From an uncultured delta proteobacterium (GTDB lineage Bacteria; Myxococcota_A; Polyangia; Polyangiales; Polyangiaceae): DNA of 64,000 nucleotides. A model generated the notes under the pieces. The model was given only the letters and a program-made list of their open reading frames with translations, searched no databases and was not told where the DNA came from. Shown in pieces: positions 44,772 through 54,099 of the stretch (position 1 is the first letter of the stretch; each line of letters opens with the position of its first letter). The translations under genes and the position numbers were made by a program. The stretch spans positions 1-64,000 of the forward strand of contig CAWJCS010000004.1 in assembly GCA_963841435.1 (NCBI GenBank). Direction: 5' to 3'.

Positions 44772-46355
44772 TCAGGGCCGCACGAGCACCACCGTCCCGC
44801 GCTCCTTGTTGAGCACGGCATGCCAGTCGGCCGGCACGCTCGGGTCGGTCCATTCGAAGAGCCACGCGGCATCGATGGGCGAAAGGTTCACGCAGCCGTG
44901 GCTTCGGGTTTTTCCGAATTCGTCGTGCCAGTAGGTGCCGTGCAGCGCGTAGCCCTTGTGAAAATACTGGACGAAAGGCACGTCGTGCAGGTTGAAGGAA
45001 TCGGCGTGGTCCTCGTCTCCGTCCATCGTCGAGCTCACGTCCTTCTCGTAGATCATGAAGGTTCCGCGCACGGTCGAGTCGGTCTTCTCGGGATCCATCA
45101 GGCCGGAGCGTCCCGTGCTCACGAGCGTCACGTACACCGGCCGGCGACCGACGTACGCCACGAGCGACTGCTCCTTCACGGAGACATCGACCCACTTGCG
45201 ATCGCCCGTGGCAAAGCTAGGGAACGACGTGCGGCGGGGGATCACGCGCAGCGCTGACGCGGCGACGAAGCTGCCGTCGGTCGCCTCGAGGACGCCGCCC
45301 GGACGGCGCTTGCCCGTGAGTGGCACCGCCTCGCGGCGCCCGAGCGCGCCGGTCGGCATGAGCGGACCTGAGCCCCGATCCTCGTAGCGTTGCGCGAAAC
45401 CGGGGATCGCGAAGCCGACGGGGAGGTCGTCGCTCCCGTCGAGAGCGAGCCCGTGGAAGCTGCTCGGGACGACCGGCTTCGTGCGGTCGAGCGCGATGAT
45501 GTCGAGCTCCGTCGTGAGCCCGAACAGGCGTCGTTCCCAGTCGAACGTGCGCCCGATCGCGAAGCCGCTCTCGGGGTTTGCGGCGCCCGCGTGGTAGGCG
45601 AAACGCAGCGGTTGCGCCACGCCGTGCGGCTTGACGAGCTTGTGGCCACCGAGCAAGAAGTCTGGGGGCGCGGCCGGGACGAGCAGCGCGTCGAGCCCAC
45701 TGTGCACGAGCCTGCCGCGCAAGAGCTCCGTGCGCCCGGACACGTCGCCCTCCGACTCACGCATCTCGCGCGCGGACGGCAAGCGAAAGTAGAGCAGCGG
45801 CGACGGCTCGCTCGAGAGCGCGTAAAGGTACGGTAGGCCCTCGGCGCGCGTGGGTCGCGTCGAAGAGGCGACGACGACGGGATTTTGCAGATTGAGCGTC
45901 GCGCCGAGGCCGAGGCACACGAAGCCGCGCGGGTTCACGCGGTACCAGCCACCGCGGCAGCCGTCATTGACGATGGAGGGGCCGCGCACGTCGAACACCG
46001 CGCCGGCGCGCAGATAGCCGTAGCGCGTGCGCGTCGGGCCCACGTCCGTGTAAATCCACGTGCGCCAGGCGATGCTCGCCGCGCGCTCGCCCGTCGGCTC
46101 GAACGGCAGTGAATCTTGGATCGTCCCCGGGTTCGCCGCCGCGGGGCGGGCGGGCGCCGCTCGCGGCGCTTCGGCGCTGCCAATCACGACGGCCGTGGCG
46201 CGCGGTTCGCGTTCGGCGCCGGGCGGCTCGCCCCGCTCGAGGCAACCGACCGAAAGGAGCAACAACAGGCAGGCGGGTCTCACGTCGGGTCGAAATAGCA
46301 CGGGGCCAGCGTGCGCGCGGCTCGTCCTCTTCGAGGGTGCCGTCGTGCTGCTCAT
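44772..46355 (-). CDS. L,D-transpeptidase family protein
   Basis: ALHGTYWH...SHGCVNL catalytic motif. Confidence 0.9.
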   Translation of the reverse strand: MSSTTAPSKRTSRAHAGPVLFRPDVRPACLLLLLSVGCLERGEPPGAEREPRATAVVIGSAEAPRAAPARPAAANPGTIQDSLPFEPTGERAASIAWRTWIYTDVGPTRTRYGYLRAGAVFDVRGPSIVNDGCRGGWYRVNPRGFVCLGLGATLNLQNPVVVASSTRPTRAEGLPYLYALSSEPSPLLYFRLPSAREMRESEGDVSGRTELLRGRLVHSGLDALLVPAAPPDFLLGGHKLVKPHGVAQPLRFAYHAGAANPESGFAIGRTFDWERRLFGLTTELDIIALDRTKPVVPSSFHGLALDGSDDLPVGFAIPGFAQRYEDRGSGPLMPTGALGRREAVPLTGKRRPGGVLEATDGSFVAASALRVIPRRTSFPSFATGDRKWVDVSVKEQSLVAYVGRRPVYVTLVSTGRSGLMDPEKTDSTVRGTFMIYEKDVSSTMDGDEDHADSFNLHDVPFVQYFHKGYALHGTYWHDEFGKTRSHGCVNLSPIDAAWLFEWTDPSVPADWHAVLNKERGTVVLVRP

Positions 46356-46430
46356 CGTGCTCGAAATCGTACTGGGGCTTCCGCATCGCTGAGGCCCCGC
46401 TCGGACGCGACAGCGCCGCCGGAAACGGGC

Positions 46431-46907
46431 ATGCTACCCGCCGTGAAGATACCAAGCGCGCTCTTCGGCATCGTGAAGGAGGTGGCGCGACACCTCCTGC
46501 GCCGGCCCGTCGTCGGCATCGGGGCGGCGGCGCGCACGCCGGACGGCCGTCTGCTCCTCATCCGACGCGGCGACACGGGAACGTGGGCGCTACCGGGGGG
46601 CACGCTGGAATGGGGCGAGACGCTGCGCACGGCCTTGGCGCGCGAGGTCGAAGAAGAGACGGGCGCACGTGTGCTCGGGCTCGGACGCCTCGTCGGCGTC
46701 TATTCGGGACCCGAGCGCGATGCGCGCTTTCACGCCGTCACGGTGATCGTCGAGGCTTCCGTGAGCAGGCCCGAAAAACCACCCACAAACCCGCTCGAAA
46801 TCCTCGAGGTGCGGGCTTTTTCCGACGAGGAGATACCGAAGGACCTCGCCTTCGGCATGCAGGACATGCTCGGTGACGCGCGCGCCGGCCGCACGGTGTG
46901 GGAATGA
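46431..46907 (+). CDS. NUDIX hydrolase
   Basis: Nudix box GGTLEWGETLRTALAREVEEETG. Confidence 0.92.
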   Translation: MLPAVKIPSALFGIVKEVARHLLRRPVVGIGAAARTPDGRLLLIRRGDTGTWALPGGTLEWGETLRTALAREVEEETGARVLGLGRLVGVYSGPERDARFHAVTVIVEASVSRPEKPPTNPLEILEVRAFSDEEIPKDLAFGMQDMLGDARAGRTVWE

Positions 46908-47995
46908 AACCAACGCTCGTGTTCCTGCCACTCGTCGCGCTCTTCGGTACGGGCTGTGGCCTGCTCGGAGGCGTCCGCGTCGAGACGCTCGACGTGAGCG
47001 CCGAGAAGCCCTCGAACGTCGCGTTCTACGTGGCCGTGACCGAACAGGGGGAGCCCGTGACCGATCTCGAGCCGAAGGACTTCAAGATCTACGAAAACGA
47101 TCAGCTCCTTTCGCCCGGTCAGATCGGGCGGACGTTGCTCGCCGTCGACGCCGTGACCGATCAGCGCGCGCTCTTGCTCGTGGACTTGAGCGGCAATCCA
47201 GGCGTCGATCAGCGCGCGCTCTACGCCCAGGCTGCCGCGGCGTTCGTGCGCAAGCTCGTCGAGAGCATGCCGGTCAGCGTGCGCGCGTACGCCGGCGGAG
47301 AGCGGCTGCTCGGCGTGGCCGACTTCGCGCGTGGGGCGACGCGCGTCGCCGTTCCGGGCCTGGCGACGCTGAAATCATCTGATACGTCGCGCAATCTGAA
47401 CGGCGCGATCCGGGCCGGACTCGAAGAGCTCGACACGCACCAGGGCTCGACCGAAAAGCCCATCAAGCTCGGGACGCTCGTCGTGTTCGCTCGCGGCCCG
47501 GACCTTGCGGGTCGCGTCCCCGAGGACGCCGTTAGCGACGCGCTCGGCGAGACGAAGCACGCCGTGCTCGGCATCGTCATCGGCCCCGATGCTTCCCAGC
47601 TCGATTTCCTGCCGGGTGGCGTCACCCACTCGCAGGACGGCGACGCGCTGCCCATCGCGTTCGAGGAGGCCGGCTCGCGCGTCGCCAAGCTCGCCCACGG
47701 TCACTACCTGGTGGCGTACTGCTCGCCGGCGCGCGCCGGGACGCGCAACGTGCGTCTCGAGGTCGCGTACACGAACGCCGAGGGCAGCGAGCTCAGCGGC
47801 GACACCTACTACGAGCTCGACGCGACCGACTTTCGTTCGGGTTGCGACTCGAGCAAGCTGCCGCGCTTCGAGAAGCCGCCCGCGCAGAAGGGGGCCACGG
47901 CGACGCCCGCCACGGCGACGCCCGGTCCCGCGAGCGCCACCGAAGCGGAGCCCGAGGTCGTCGCACCGCCATCGGGCGGGGACTACGCCCAGTGA
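46904..47995 (+). CDS. Lipoprotein with VWA-like domain
   Basis: Lipobox GTGC; GEPVTDL...FKIYEN and LLLVDLSG motifs. Confidence 0.75.
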   Translation: MKPTLVFLPLVALFGTGCGLLGGVRVETLDVSAEKPSNVAFYVAVTEQGEPVTDLEPKDFKIYENDQLLSPGQIGRTLLAVDAVTDQRALLLVDLSGNPGVDQRALYAQAAAAFVRKLVESMPVSVRAYAGGERLLGVADFARGATRVAVPGLATLKSSDTSRNLNGAIRAGLEELDTHQGSTEKPIKLGTLVVFARGPDLAGRVPEDAVSDALGETKHAVLGIVIGPDASQLDFLPGGVTHSQDGDALPIAFEEAGSRVAKLAHGHYLVAYCSPARAGTRNVRLEVAYTNAEGSELSGDTYYELDATDFRSGCDSSKLPRFEKPPAQKGATATPATATPGPASATEAEPEVVAPPSGGDYAQ

Positions 47996-48360
47996 GCGCC
48001 CCGCCCGGCCCCAGCCCGGTGCGCGTCACGCTGGTGGAGGAGGAAGTGATCCGCGACGGCGGGCCCCGCACCGTGCGCTATTCCGTACGGCACAACGCGG
48101 GCTGGGTGCACGCGACCTCCCACCCGAGTGCGGCGGTAAAATCCCTGGATCGTGGCCCGGGGGTCGTGTTCCGAAGGCACGTCACGCTGCTGCTCGCCCC
48201 CGGCACCGAGGTCGAGCGGGTCGCGCTCGGTCCGGCGCGTCGCACTGCCTCGACGCTCGAGCACCTTACGGGTGGCGCGCGTGGTCCTCGGCAGCGACGG
48301 GACGCGACCCGGTTGCGCGTGGGCTCGAACGGCGCGCTCGAGCCCGAGGGTACAAAATAA
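47992..48360 (+). CDS. Small hypothetical protein
   Basis: GTG start overlaps the upstream stop; ORF ends just before the hairpin terminator. Confidence 0.6.
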   Translation: MSAPPGPSPVRVTLVEEEVIRDGGPRTVRYSVRHNAGWVHATSHPSAAVKSLDRGPGVVFRRHVTLLLAPGTEVERVALGPARRTASTLEHLTGGARGPRQRRDATRLRVGSNGALEPEGTK

Positions 48361-48397
48361 CGCGAGGGCGGCGTCGGTTTCCCGAGCCGCCCTCGCG
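48352..48397 (-). terminator. Intrinsic terminator for a minus-strand transcript (possibly bidirectional)
   Basis: CGCGAGGGCGGC / GCCGCCCTCGCG stem with an inner GAAA-capped hairpin on the minus strand, followed by TTATTTTG. Confidence 0.8.
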
Positions 48398-50058
48398 GAA
48401 GCTGCTTGCCAGTGGTGGGCGCCATCGCGCCGCCTGCCGAGGTTCTCACCGGCTCCCCGATCCGGAGATCGGGGCATCGTTGACGACGAGTGGGTTTTCC
48501 GAACATCGTGACCGCTCGGGTTCGCGCCCATTGGTCACGCGAGGATGGCGACGGTGTTGGCGTTCGCCAGCTTCGATCGACGGGTGCCGGTTGCATCTCG
48601 CCCTCGTGGGGCTCGGCGCGGCGCAAGCGCCACGCGTGCCGGACCCTCTGCGCCGTTGGCTGAGAGAGCCCAGGGTCGGTGCCGTCGATGTCTGACGCTC
48701 CCTGTCGGCTCGCGGCCACCCCGCGCCGGCTTTCCAAGCTGCCGGCCGAGGCCGCCGACCCTTTCGGGTCGGAGCCGCGTGCCCAGGGCACCGGGGCGCC
48801 CACACCCGGATTAGGGATGCAGAGCCACGTGGTGCCCGAAGCGTCTCGTCCTGTCGATGCTCGCAGTGTTGCCACCGTGACTGCCGATCCCTGGCCTTTG
48901 GCCAACGACGCGGGGCAGGACGGGCCGAGCTTCCAGGCGCCTCCGCGCGGCTCCGTCGAGAGCACACGCGGCCACGCCGTGGATCGGGCCGGCCGAGCGT
49001 CCTTGCGGAACTCTGCCTGCCCTGGACCCGTCGATCGAGGACGTGCAAACCCACTTGTCAAAGATCAGCACCCGCGGTTCCGTGTCGGATTGCCGTCGCC
49101 GGGCCCGTTAGGGTCGGCGAGCGGCGGGCGTTGCGATTCACGTCGCTTCACCCGCTTCGGCTTCCGGACCCGCGCTCCGCATCGGCGTTCTCTTCCGAGG
49201 GGGGGCACGGCCCGTTGGCCTCTGACGCTTCCGGGCTCGCGGGGCGAGCGGTCTTGCGACGCACTCGAACCACGCACCCTGCACCTGCCGCCCCGGAGAC
49301 TCTGGCGTGAACCGAGACCCGGATGCGAGCGGGTGAGAAGCGCCTTCCATCGACGACGAGAGCCCAAAAGCTCGCGCCCCGCACATCGCTGTGCGGGCAT
49401 GCCGCGCATTCGGCGAACGGGGGACGAGTCCCACGCACGCCTAGACTCACCCGGTCCGACACGGCCGCAACCGCGCCCGACTCGGGGGAACCACACAGCA
49501 AGCGCCGACTTCTGCAGTCGACACGAAACCCGAGCACACCCGCCGGTGACCCGTTACCTCGTCCGCCGCGCGGTCACCCTCGCGGCGGTTGCCAGGTTTG
49601 GCTACGAGCGGCGAGATGCGAGCTTTCGCTCGAGCCCACCGGCCGTGTCGCCCCTCTCGAGCACGCACATGGCTGTGCGGAGGCCCAGGAGGAGACGGTC
49701 ACGGGCTCCCTTCGTCGTCGTGCTCGCGGGTGGCGCAGCCTGGAGCGCTGTGCACTCACGAGTTGACCGAGGCGATCACCATGTGCCCGCGCGAACGGAC
49801 GCACGGTGGTTGCCGCCAGGAAGCCTTCCCGCCACGAGATGCCGCGCCCGGAGGCGCTGCACGCCACCACCACTAGGGTGGCAAACGACGCTTTTTTCGC
49901 GCGCCGCGCGACTGCCCTCGACGAGGCCAGGGCGCAAACGTGCGGCAACGAGCACCGACCAGGGTGGCTCAGCTGCCAGCCCGGTCGCCGCCCGCTGCGG
50001 CGTCCCCGTGACGTTCTGCGAAACGTGTCACCCGCGAGCAGATGTGCCGCGAGCTTCA
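48353..50058 (-). ncRNA. Candidate giant (~1.7 kb) structured non-coding RNA of unknown class
   Basis: No credible ORF; promoter and terminator at the two ends; nested 10-13 bp long-range helices; multiple GNRA/UNCG tetraloops on the minus strand. Confidence 0.75.
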
Positions 50059-50064
50059 TTAAAT

Positions 50065-50093
50065 AATCTAACCACCGAAGCGTCATGATTCAA
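50065..50093 (-). promoter_or_regulatory. Sigma70-type promoter driving the candidate ncRNA
   Basis: TTGAAT (50093-50088), 17-bp spacer, TAGATT (50070-50065), in an AT-rich patch. Confidence 0.75.
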
Positions 50094-50199
50094 GCCCAAA
50101 ACGCGCATGATCGTTGCTATTTTTTTCCACAGCTTGTCTTCAGGTTTCGGTCCCGCCGGGGTTGATGTAGTGAATCGTGCTCTCGACCAAGGATAAAAA

Positions 50200-50406
50200 G
50201 TGCCGATCGATCTTGGGATTCTGCAGGGTGAGCGCGACCTACTCAGGGAAGCGCTGCGTGAGACGGAAGCCGACGTCCGCAAGGTCGAGGCAGATCTCAA
50301 GACGCTTCGCCAGCGCGAGATCCAGACGAAGCGCGAGATTGAAGCGCTCACGACTCTGATTGAGATGAAAGAGCAGCGCGACGCGAAGGGACCGGACGCC
50401 GGCTAG
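50200..50406 (+). CDS. Small coiled-coil protein (68 aa)
   Basis: AAGGA Shine-Dalgarno before GTG; heptad-like E/R/L pattern. Confidence 0.7.
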   Translation: MPIDLGILQGERDLLREALRETEADVRKVEADLKTLRQREIQTKREIEALTTLIEMKEQRDAKGPDAG

Positions 50407-50409
50407 CGC

Positions 50410-50826
50410 TCAGAGCTTCGTCTTGCCGAGCTCGAGGACGCGGGCGAACTCGCCCGGCGTGACCGGTACCACCGAGAGGCGAGAACGCCTCAAGAGCTGG
50501 ATCGAGGCGAGCTTCTTGTCGGCGCGAATGGCTTCGAGTGAAACGGGGCTGGCCAGCGCCTTCACGGGCGCCACGTTAACGGCGGACCAGTCGCCCTCCT
50601 TCGCGGTCGGATCGGGGTAGGCCGTGCGCGCGACCTTGGCTACGCCGACGACTTCCTTGCCCTCGTTCGAGTGATAGAAGAGCAGGAGATCGCCCTTCTT
50701 CATGGCACGCAGGTTGTTGCGCGCCTCGAAGTTTCTGACGCCGTCCCAGCGCGTGAGCTTGTCCTTCTGCAGCGTTTCGAAGGCGTATTTGTAGGGCTCG
50801 CTCTTCACCAGGAAATGAGCCGGCAT
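50410..50826 (-). CDS. EVE domain protein (PUA-like)
   Basis: LVKSEP, WDGVRNFEARNNL, GDLLLFYHS and RLSVVPV motifs. Confidence 0.92.
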   Translation of the reverse strand: MPAHFLVKSEPYKYAFETLQKDKLTRWDGVRNFEARNNLRAMKKGDLLLFYHSNEGKEVVGVAKVARTAYPDPTAKEGDWSAVNVAPVKALASPVSLEAIRADKKLASIQLLRRSRLSVVPVTPGEFARVLELGKTKL

Positions 50827-50919
50827 GGCGCGGACGATAGACAAGCCCCGTGCTGCTTGGAAGCGCCCATCGCTCCGCGCGTCGCCCCCGCGGGCGTTCG
50901 CTCGATGCGCCGAGGGGGG

Positions 50920-52071
50920 TCAGGGTGCCGGAGCGAACCGTTTCGGTCGGTTGACGTCGTCGATGTCGACGTAGATCGGGCAGTGGTCGCTCAGGCGCTC
51001 GACGTCGCGCTCGGGCGGGTGGCCACCCGAGCAGCCGAGCTCCGCGCAATAGCCGGACACGACGAGCTTGCGCCCCGAGGGTAGCTCGCCCAGATCGCTC
51101 GCGGCCGCCCAGTCGAGCAACGTGGTGCGTCCCTCGTAGAAGTGCGAGCAGGCGGGTGCCGCGTCGAGCCGGCGCAGGGCGGGGGAGCGAGCGGCCAGGG
51201 TCCGGTCTGCTTCGGCGAGCTCTTCGAGCGCCGACACGGACGGGGAGCAACGAGGGCACCCCATGCTGTTCATGTCGCCGATCACGAGCACGTCGTCGTC
51301 ACCGCCGAGCGCGCGCGCGGCCGACACGGCATCGGCGAAGGAATTTAGCGACTTTTCCCGGAGCGAAAGCGCGCGGCGGTCGGTGCCGCTCTTCAGGTGG
51401 ACGGCGATCACCGCAAGGTCGAGCCCACCCGGGAAGGCGAAGCGCGCCGCGAGGCCGGGGCGAAGCTGGTCCTTGCAGGGCTCACCGTGCGGGTTGAGCG
51501 CGCCGACGGTCGCGCTGCCTAGCAGCCGGGCGCGGCGCGCATCGAAGAGCAGCCCTACGTGCTGCTGGGACGCCCGAGGGCAGTCGTCGAGAACCACCTC
51601 GAAACGGCCGCCCGTGATGAGGTCGAGCTCCGCGCGCAGGGCGGAAAGCGCCTGGCTCGGGCGCGCTCCCGGCTTGATCTCCTCGATGGCGAGCACGTCG
51701 ACGCCGAGGAAGGCGACGGCGCAGGCGAGCCATTTCACGTCCGTGCCGGGACCCTTGGGTGACTTGCCGGGCCTGCCATCGGGAAACCAATGCAGGTTCC
51801 ACGCGCCGAGCCGTGCGACGCCGGCCGGCCGTCGCGCCCCAGCGTGGGCGAGGGCTGCCCGGCATGCGTCCGGGTCGTGAAAGGGCGACGCCGAAGGGAG
51901 CGGGGCGCCCTTTTTCGCCGATGTCGAAGGGCGCGCTGCGTGTTGGCCGGCGTCGCGCGAGCGGGGCCGGTGCTTTCCCGGCTCGGCATGGCTCGTCGTC
52001 CGGCGGGAGGCGCCGAACAGCGCCACGAGCACGATCCCGATGAGGACGACGAGCGCGCGCGTTCGCTTCAA
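50920..52071 (-). CDS. Exported endonuclease/exonuclease/phosphatase family protein
   Basis: N-terminal hydrophobic anchor; WNLHW, VHLKS, GDMN and SDHCP motifs. Confidence 0.85.
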   Translation of the reverse strand: MKRTRALVVLIGIVLVALFGASRRTTSHAEPGKHRPRSRDAGQHAARPSTSAKKGAPLPSASPFHDPDACRAALAHAGARRPAGVARLGAWNLHWFPDGRPGKSPKGPGTDVKWLACAVAFLGVDVLAIEEIKPGARPSQALSALRAELDLITGGRFEVVLDDCPRASQQHVGLLFDARRARLLGSATVGALNPHGEPCKDQLRPGLAARFAFPGGLDLAVIAVHLKSGTDRRALSLREKSLNSFADAVSAARALGGDDDVLVIGDMNSMGCPRCSPSVSALEELAEADRTLAARSPALRRLDAAPACSHFYEGRTTLLDWAAASDLGELPSGRKLVVSGYCAELGCSGGHPPERDVERLSDHCPIYVDIDDVNRPKRFAPAP

Positions 52072-53990
52072 TGCAACGCCGGGACTTCGATCTGCCTTTG
52101 CCGCTCGGCGCCCGGCCCGAGAAGCCTGACGAGGTCCGGCTTCTCGATGGTTTCACGGTCGAGCAGCTCGATGACGAGCCGGTCGAGCTCCGGGCGGCGT
52201 GATTGCAAGAGCTGGCCGGCCGCTTCGAGGGCCTCGGCGAGGAAGCGGCGCGCCTCACCCTCGATGAGGTGGACGGTCGCGTCGCTCGTCTGGCCTTCGG
52301 TGGCGAGCATCTGGCCGAGGAACGGGTGCTCGGTGCGATGCTCGTGGTAGACGGGGCCGACCTTCGGGCTCATCCCGTAGTGCGCGACCATCTTGAAGGC
52401 GATGTCCGTCGCGCGCTTGAGGTCGCTCTCGGCGCCCGATGACACGTTGCCGAGCACGGCGCGCTCCGCCGCATAGCCGCCCAGCAGCACGCGCAGCGTG
52501 TCACGGAGCTCGGGCTCGGTGAGGATGTGACGATCGGCTCCCGGCGCCTGCTGCGTGACCCCGAGCGCCATGCCGCGCGGGATGATGGTCACGCGGTGCA
52601 GCGGCTCCGCTGACTCCGAGAAGTGGGCGACCACGGCGTGCCCGGATTCGTGCACGGCAACACGCTTTCGTTCCAGCGGGTCGAGCTTGGTCTCGCGCGG
52701 ATCCCCGAGCACGATCTTGTCGTAAGCGTTCGTGAAATCGTTCATGCCCACGGCATCGGCGCCACGGCGCGTCGCGTTCAGGGCGGCCTCGTTGGCGAGG
52801 TTCGCGAGATCGGCGCCCGAGAAGCCGGGCGTGTTGCGCGCGATCTCGCCGAGGTCGACGTCGGGCACGAGTGGGATCTCGCGCGTGTGCACCTCGAGGA
52901 TCGCCTTTCTCGCGCCGACCTCGGGGCGATCGATGATCACGCGTCGATCGAAGCGTCCGGGCCGGAGGAGCGCGGGGTCGAGCACGTCGGGCCTGTTGGT
53001 GGCGGCGAGCACGATGGCGAGATCGTTGCGCGAAAAGCCGTCCATCTCCGAGAGCAGCTGGTTCAGCGTCTGCTCGCGCTCGTCGTGCCCGCCGCCGAGA
53101 CCGGAGCCGCGCGAGCGCCCCACGGCGTCGATCTCGTCGATGAACACGATCGCCGGAGCGACCTTCTTCGCTTCCTCGAACAGCTCTCGCACGCGCGATG
53201 CGCCGACGCCCACGAAAAGCTCGATGAACTCCGAGCCGTTGATCGAGAAAAACGGCACTCCCGCCTCGCCGGCCACCGCGCGGGCGAGCAGCGTCTTGCC
53301 GGTGCCGGGAGGGCCGACGAGCAGCACGCCGCGCGGCACCTTGCCGCCGAGGCGCCGAAAGCGTTCGGGCTCCTTCAAGAACTCGACGATCTCTTGCAGG
53401 TCCTGCTTGGCCGATTTGAGGCCGGCGACATCGTCGAACTTGGCCGAGACGTCCGTCTCCTTCTCGAAGCGGCGCGAGCGCGCCTTCAGCATCCCGAAGG
53501 GGCCGCCGCTGCCCATCATGCTCTGCGTGCGACGCGACAGGAACGTCCACACCCCGAGAATCAAGAGAAGCGGCAAAATCGAAACCAGAACCTGGAGCGC
53601 GAACGGCTGTTCCTCGCTCTTGAACTCGACCTTCACCTGCTTGTCGCGAAGCAGCGGCAACAGATCCCGATCTTCCTGGGAGGGGAGCAGCGTGCGAAAG
53701 GTCTGGCTCGTCGCGCCCTCGAGCTCGGTCGGCTTTTTGAGCTTGCCGAACAGGGTCTGCCCCTTGATGCTGACGCTCTCCACTTGGCCGTCGGAAGCGG
53801 CCTTGTAGAACGCCGTGTAGGGGATGAGCGGGCGACCGTCGTCGTGGCCCAGCATCTGGCTGACCCCCCACGAAATCGTCAGGGCGAGCGCTAGGAAGGC
53901 CCAGTTTCGCCAAGCGGACCCAGCGGGCGGGGGCGGTCCCGGTGCGCGCGACGGACGCGGTGGTGGCTCTCGGGTGCCGGGTGCCGACAT
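52068..53990 (-). CDS. ftsH: ATP-dependent zinc metalloprotease FtsH
   Basis: [24 protein letters not shown] and HESGH motifs. Confidence 0.96.
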   Translation of the reverse strand: MSAPGTREPPPRPSRAPGPPPPAGSAWRNWAFLALALTISWGVSQMLGHDDGRPLIPYTAFYKAASDGQVESVSIKGQTLFGKLKKPTELEGATSQTFRTLLPSQEDRDLLPLLRDKQVKVEFKSEEQPFALQVLVSILPLLLILGVWTFLSRRTQSMMGSGGPFGMLKARSRRFEKETDVSAKFDDVAGLKSAKQDLQEIVEFLKEPERFRRLGGKVPRGVLLVGPPGTGKTLLARAVAGEAGVPFFSINGSEFIELFVGVGASRVRELFEEAKKVAPAIVFIDEIDAVGRSRGSGLGGGHDEREQTLNQLLSEMDGFSRNDLAIVLAATNRPDVLDPALLRPGRFDRRVIIDRPEVGARKAILEVHTREIPLVPDVDLGEIARNTPGFSGADLANLANEAALNATRRGADAVGMNDFTNAYDKIVLGDPRETKLDPLERKRVAVHESGHAVVAHFSESAEPLHRVTIIPRGMALGVTQQAPGADRHILTEPELRDTLRVLLGGYAAERAVLGNVSSGAESDLKRATDIAFKMVAHYGMSPKVGPVYHEHRTEHPFLGQMLATEGQTSDATVHLIEGEARRFLAEALEAAGQLLQSRRPELDRLVIELLDRETIEKPDLVRLLGPGAERQRQIEVPALH

Positions 53991-54099
53991 TCCGGCAACC
54001 TAACGACGACCAAGGGCTTTGTCGATGGCTCGCGCGCGGCGAGCGGATCGCAGCAGCGGCCCGGCGGACGGTATCTGGGCGCCCGGGCGCGGCGGGGGT

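Noticed and set aside
48771-48816. GAGCCGCGTGC... resembling the start of group II intron domain V
   Set aside because: The 3' arm does not complete the domain V hairpin, it lies on the strand opposite the tetraloop and promoter signal, and no RT is nearby.
48353-50058. 16S/23S rRNA, RNase P or tmRNA as the identity of the long RNA
   Set aside because: I found none of the universal signatures, such as GTGCCAGCAGCCGCGGTAA, GATCACCTCC, GAGGAAAGTCC or tRNA-Ala-like ends.
48679-50088. 469-aa plus-strand ORF, and the 327-aa minus ORF at 48078-49061, across the candidate RNA
   Set aside because: Arg/Pro/Ser-rich with no recognisable motif and no clear GC3 codon bias. Long stop-free frames are common by chance at this GC content.
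50123-50131. DnaA-box-like TTTTCCACA / replication origin
   Set aside because: It is a single box with no cluster and no dnaA/dnaN context.
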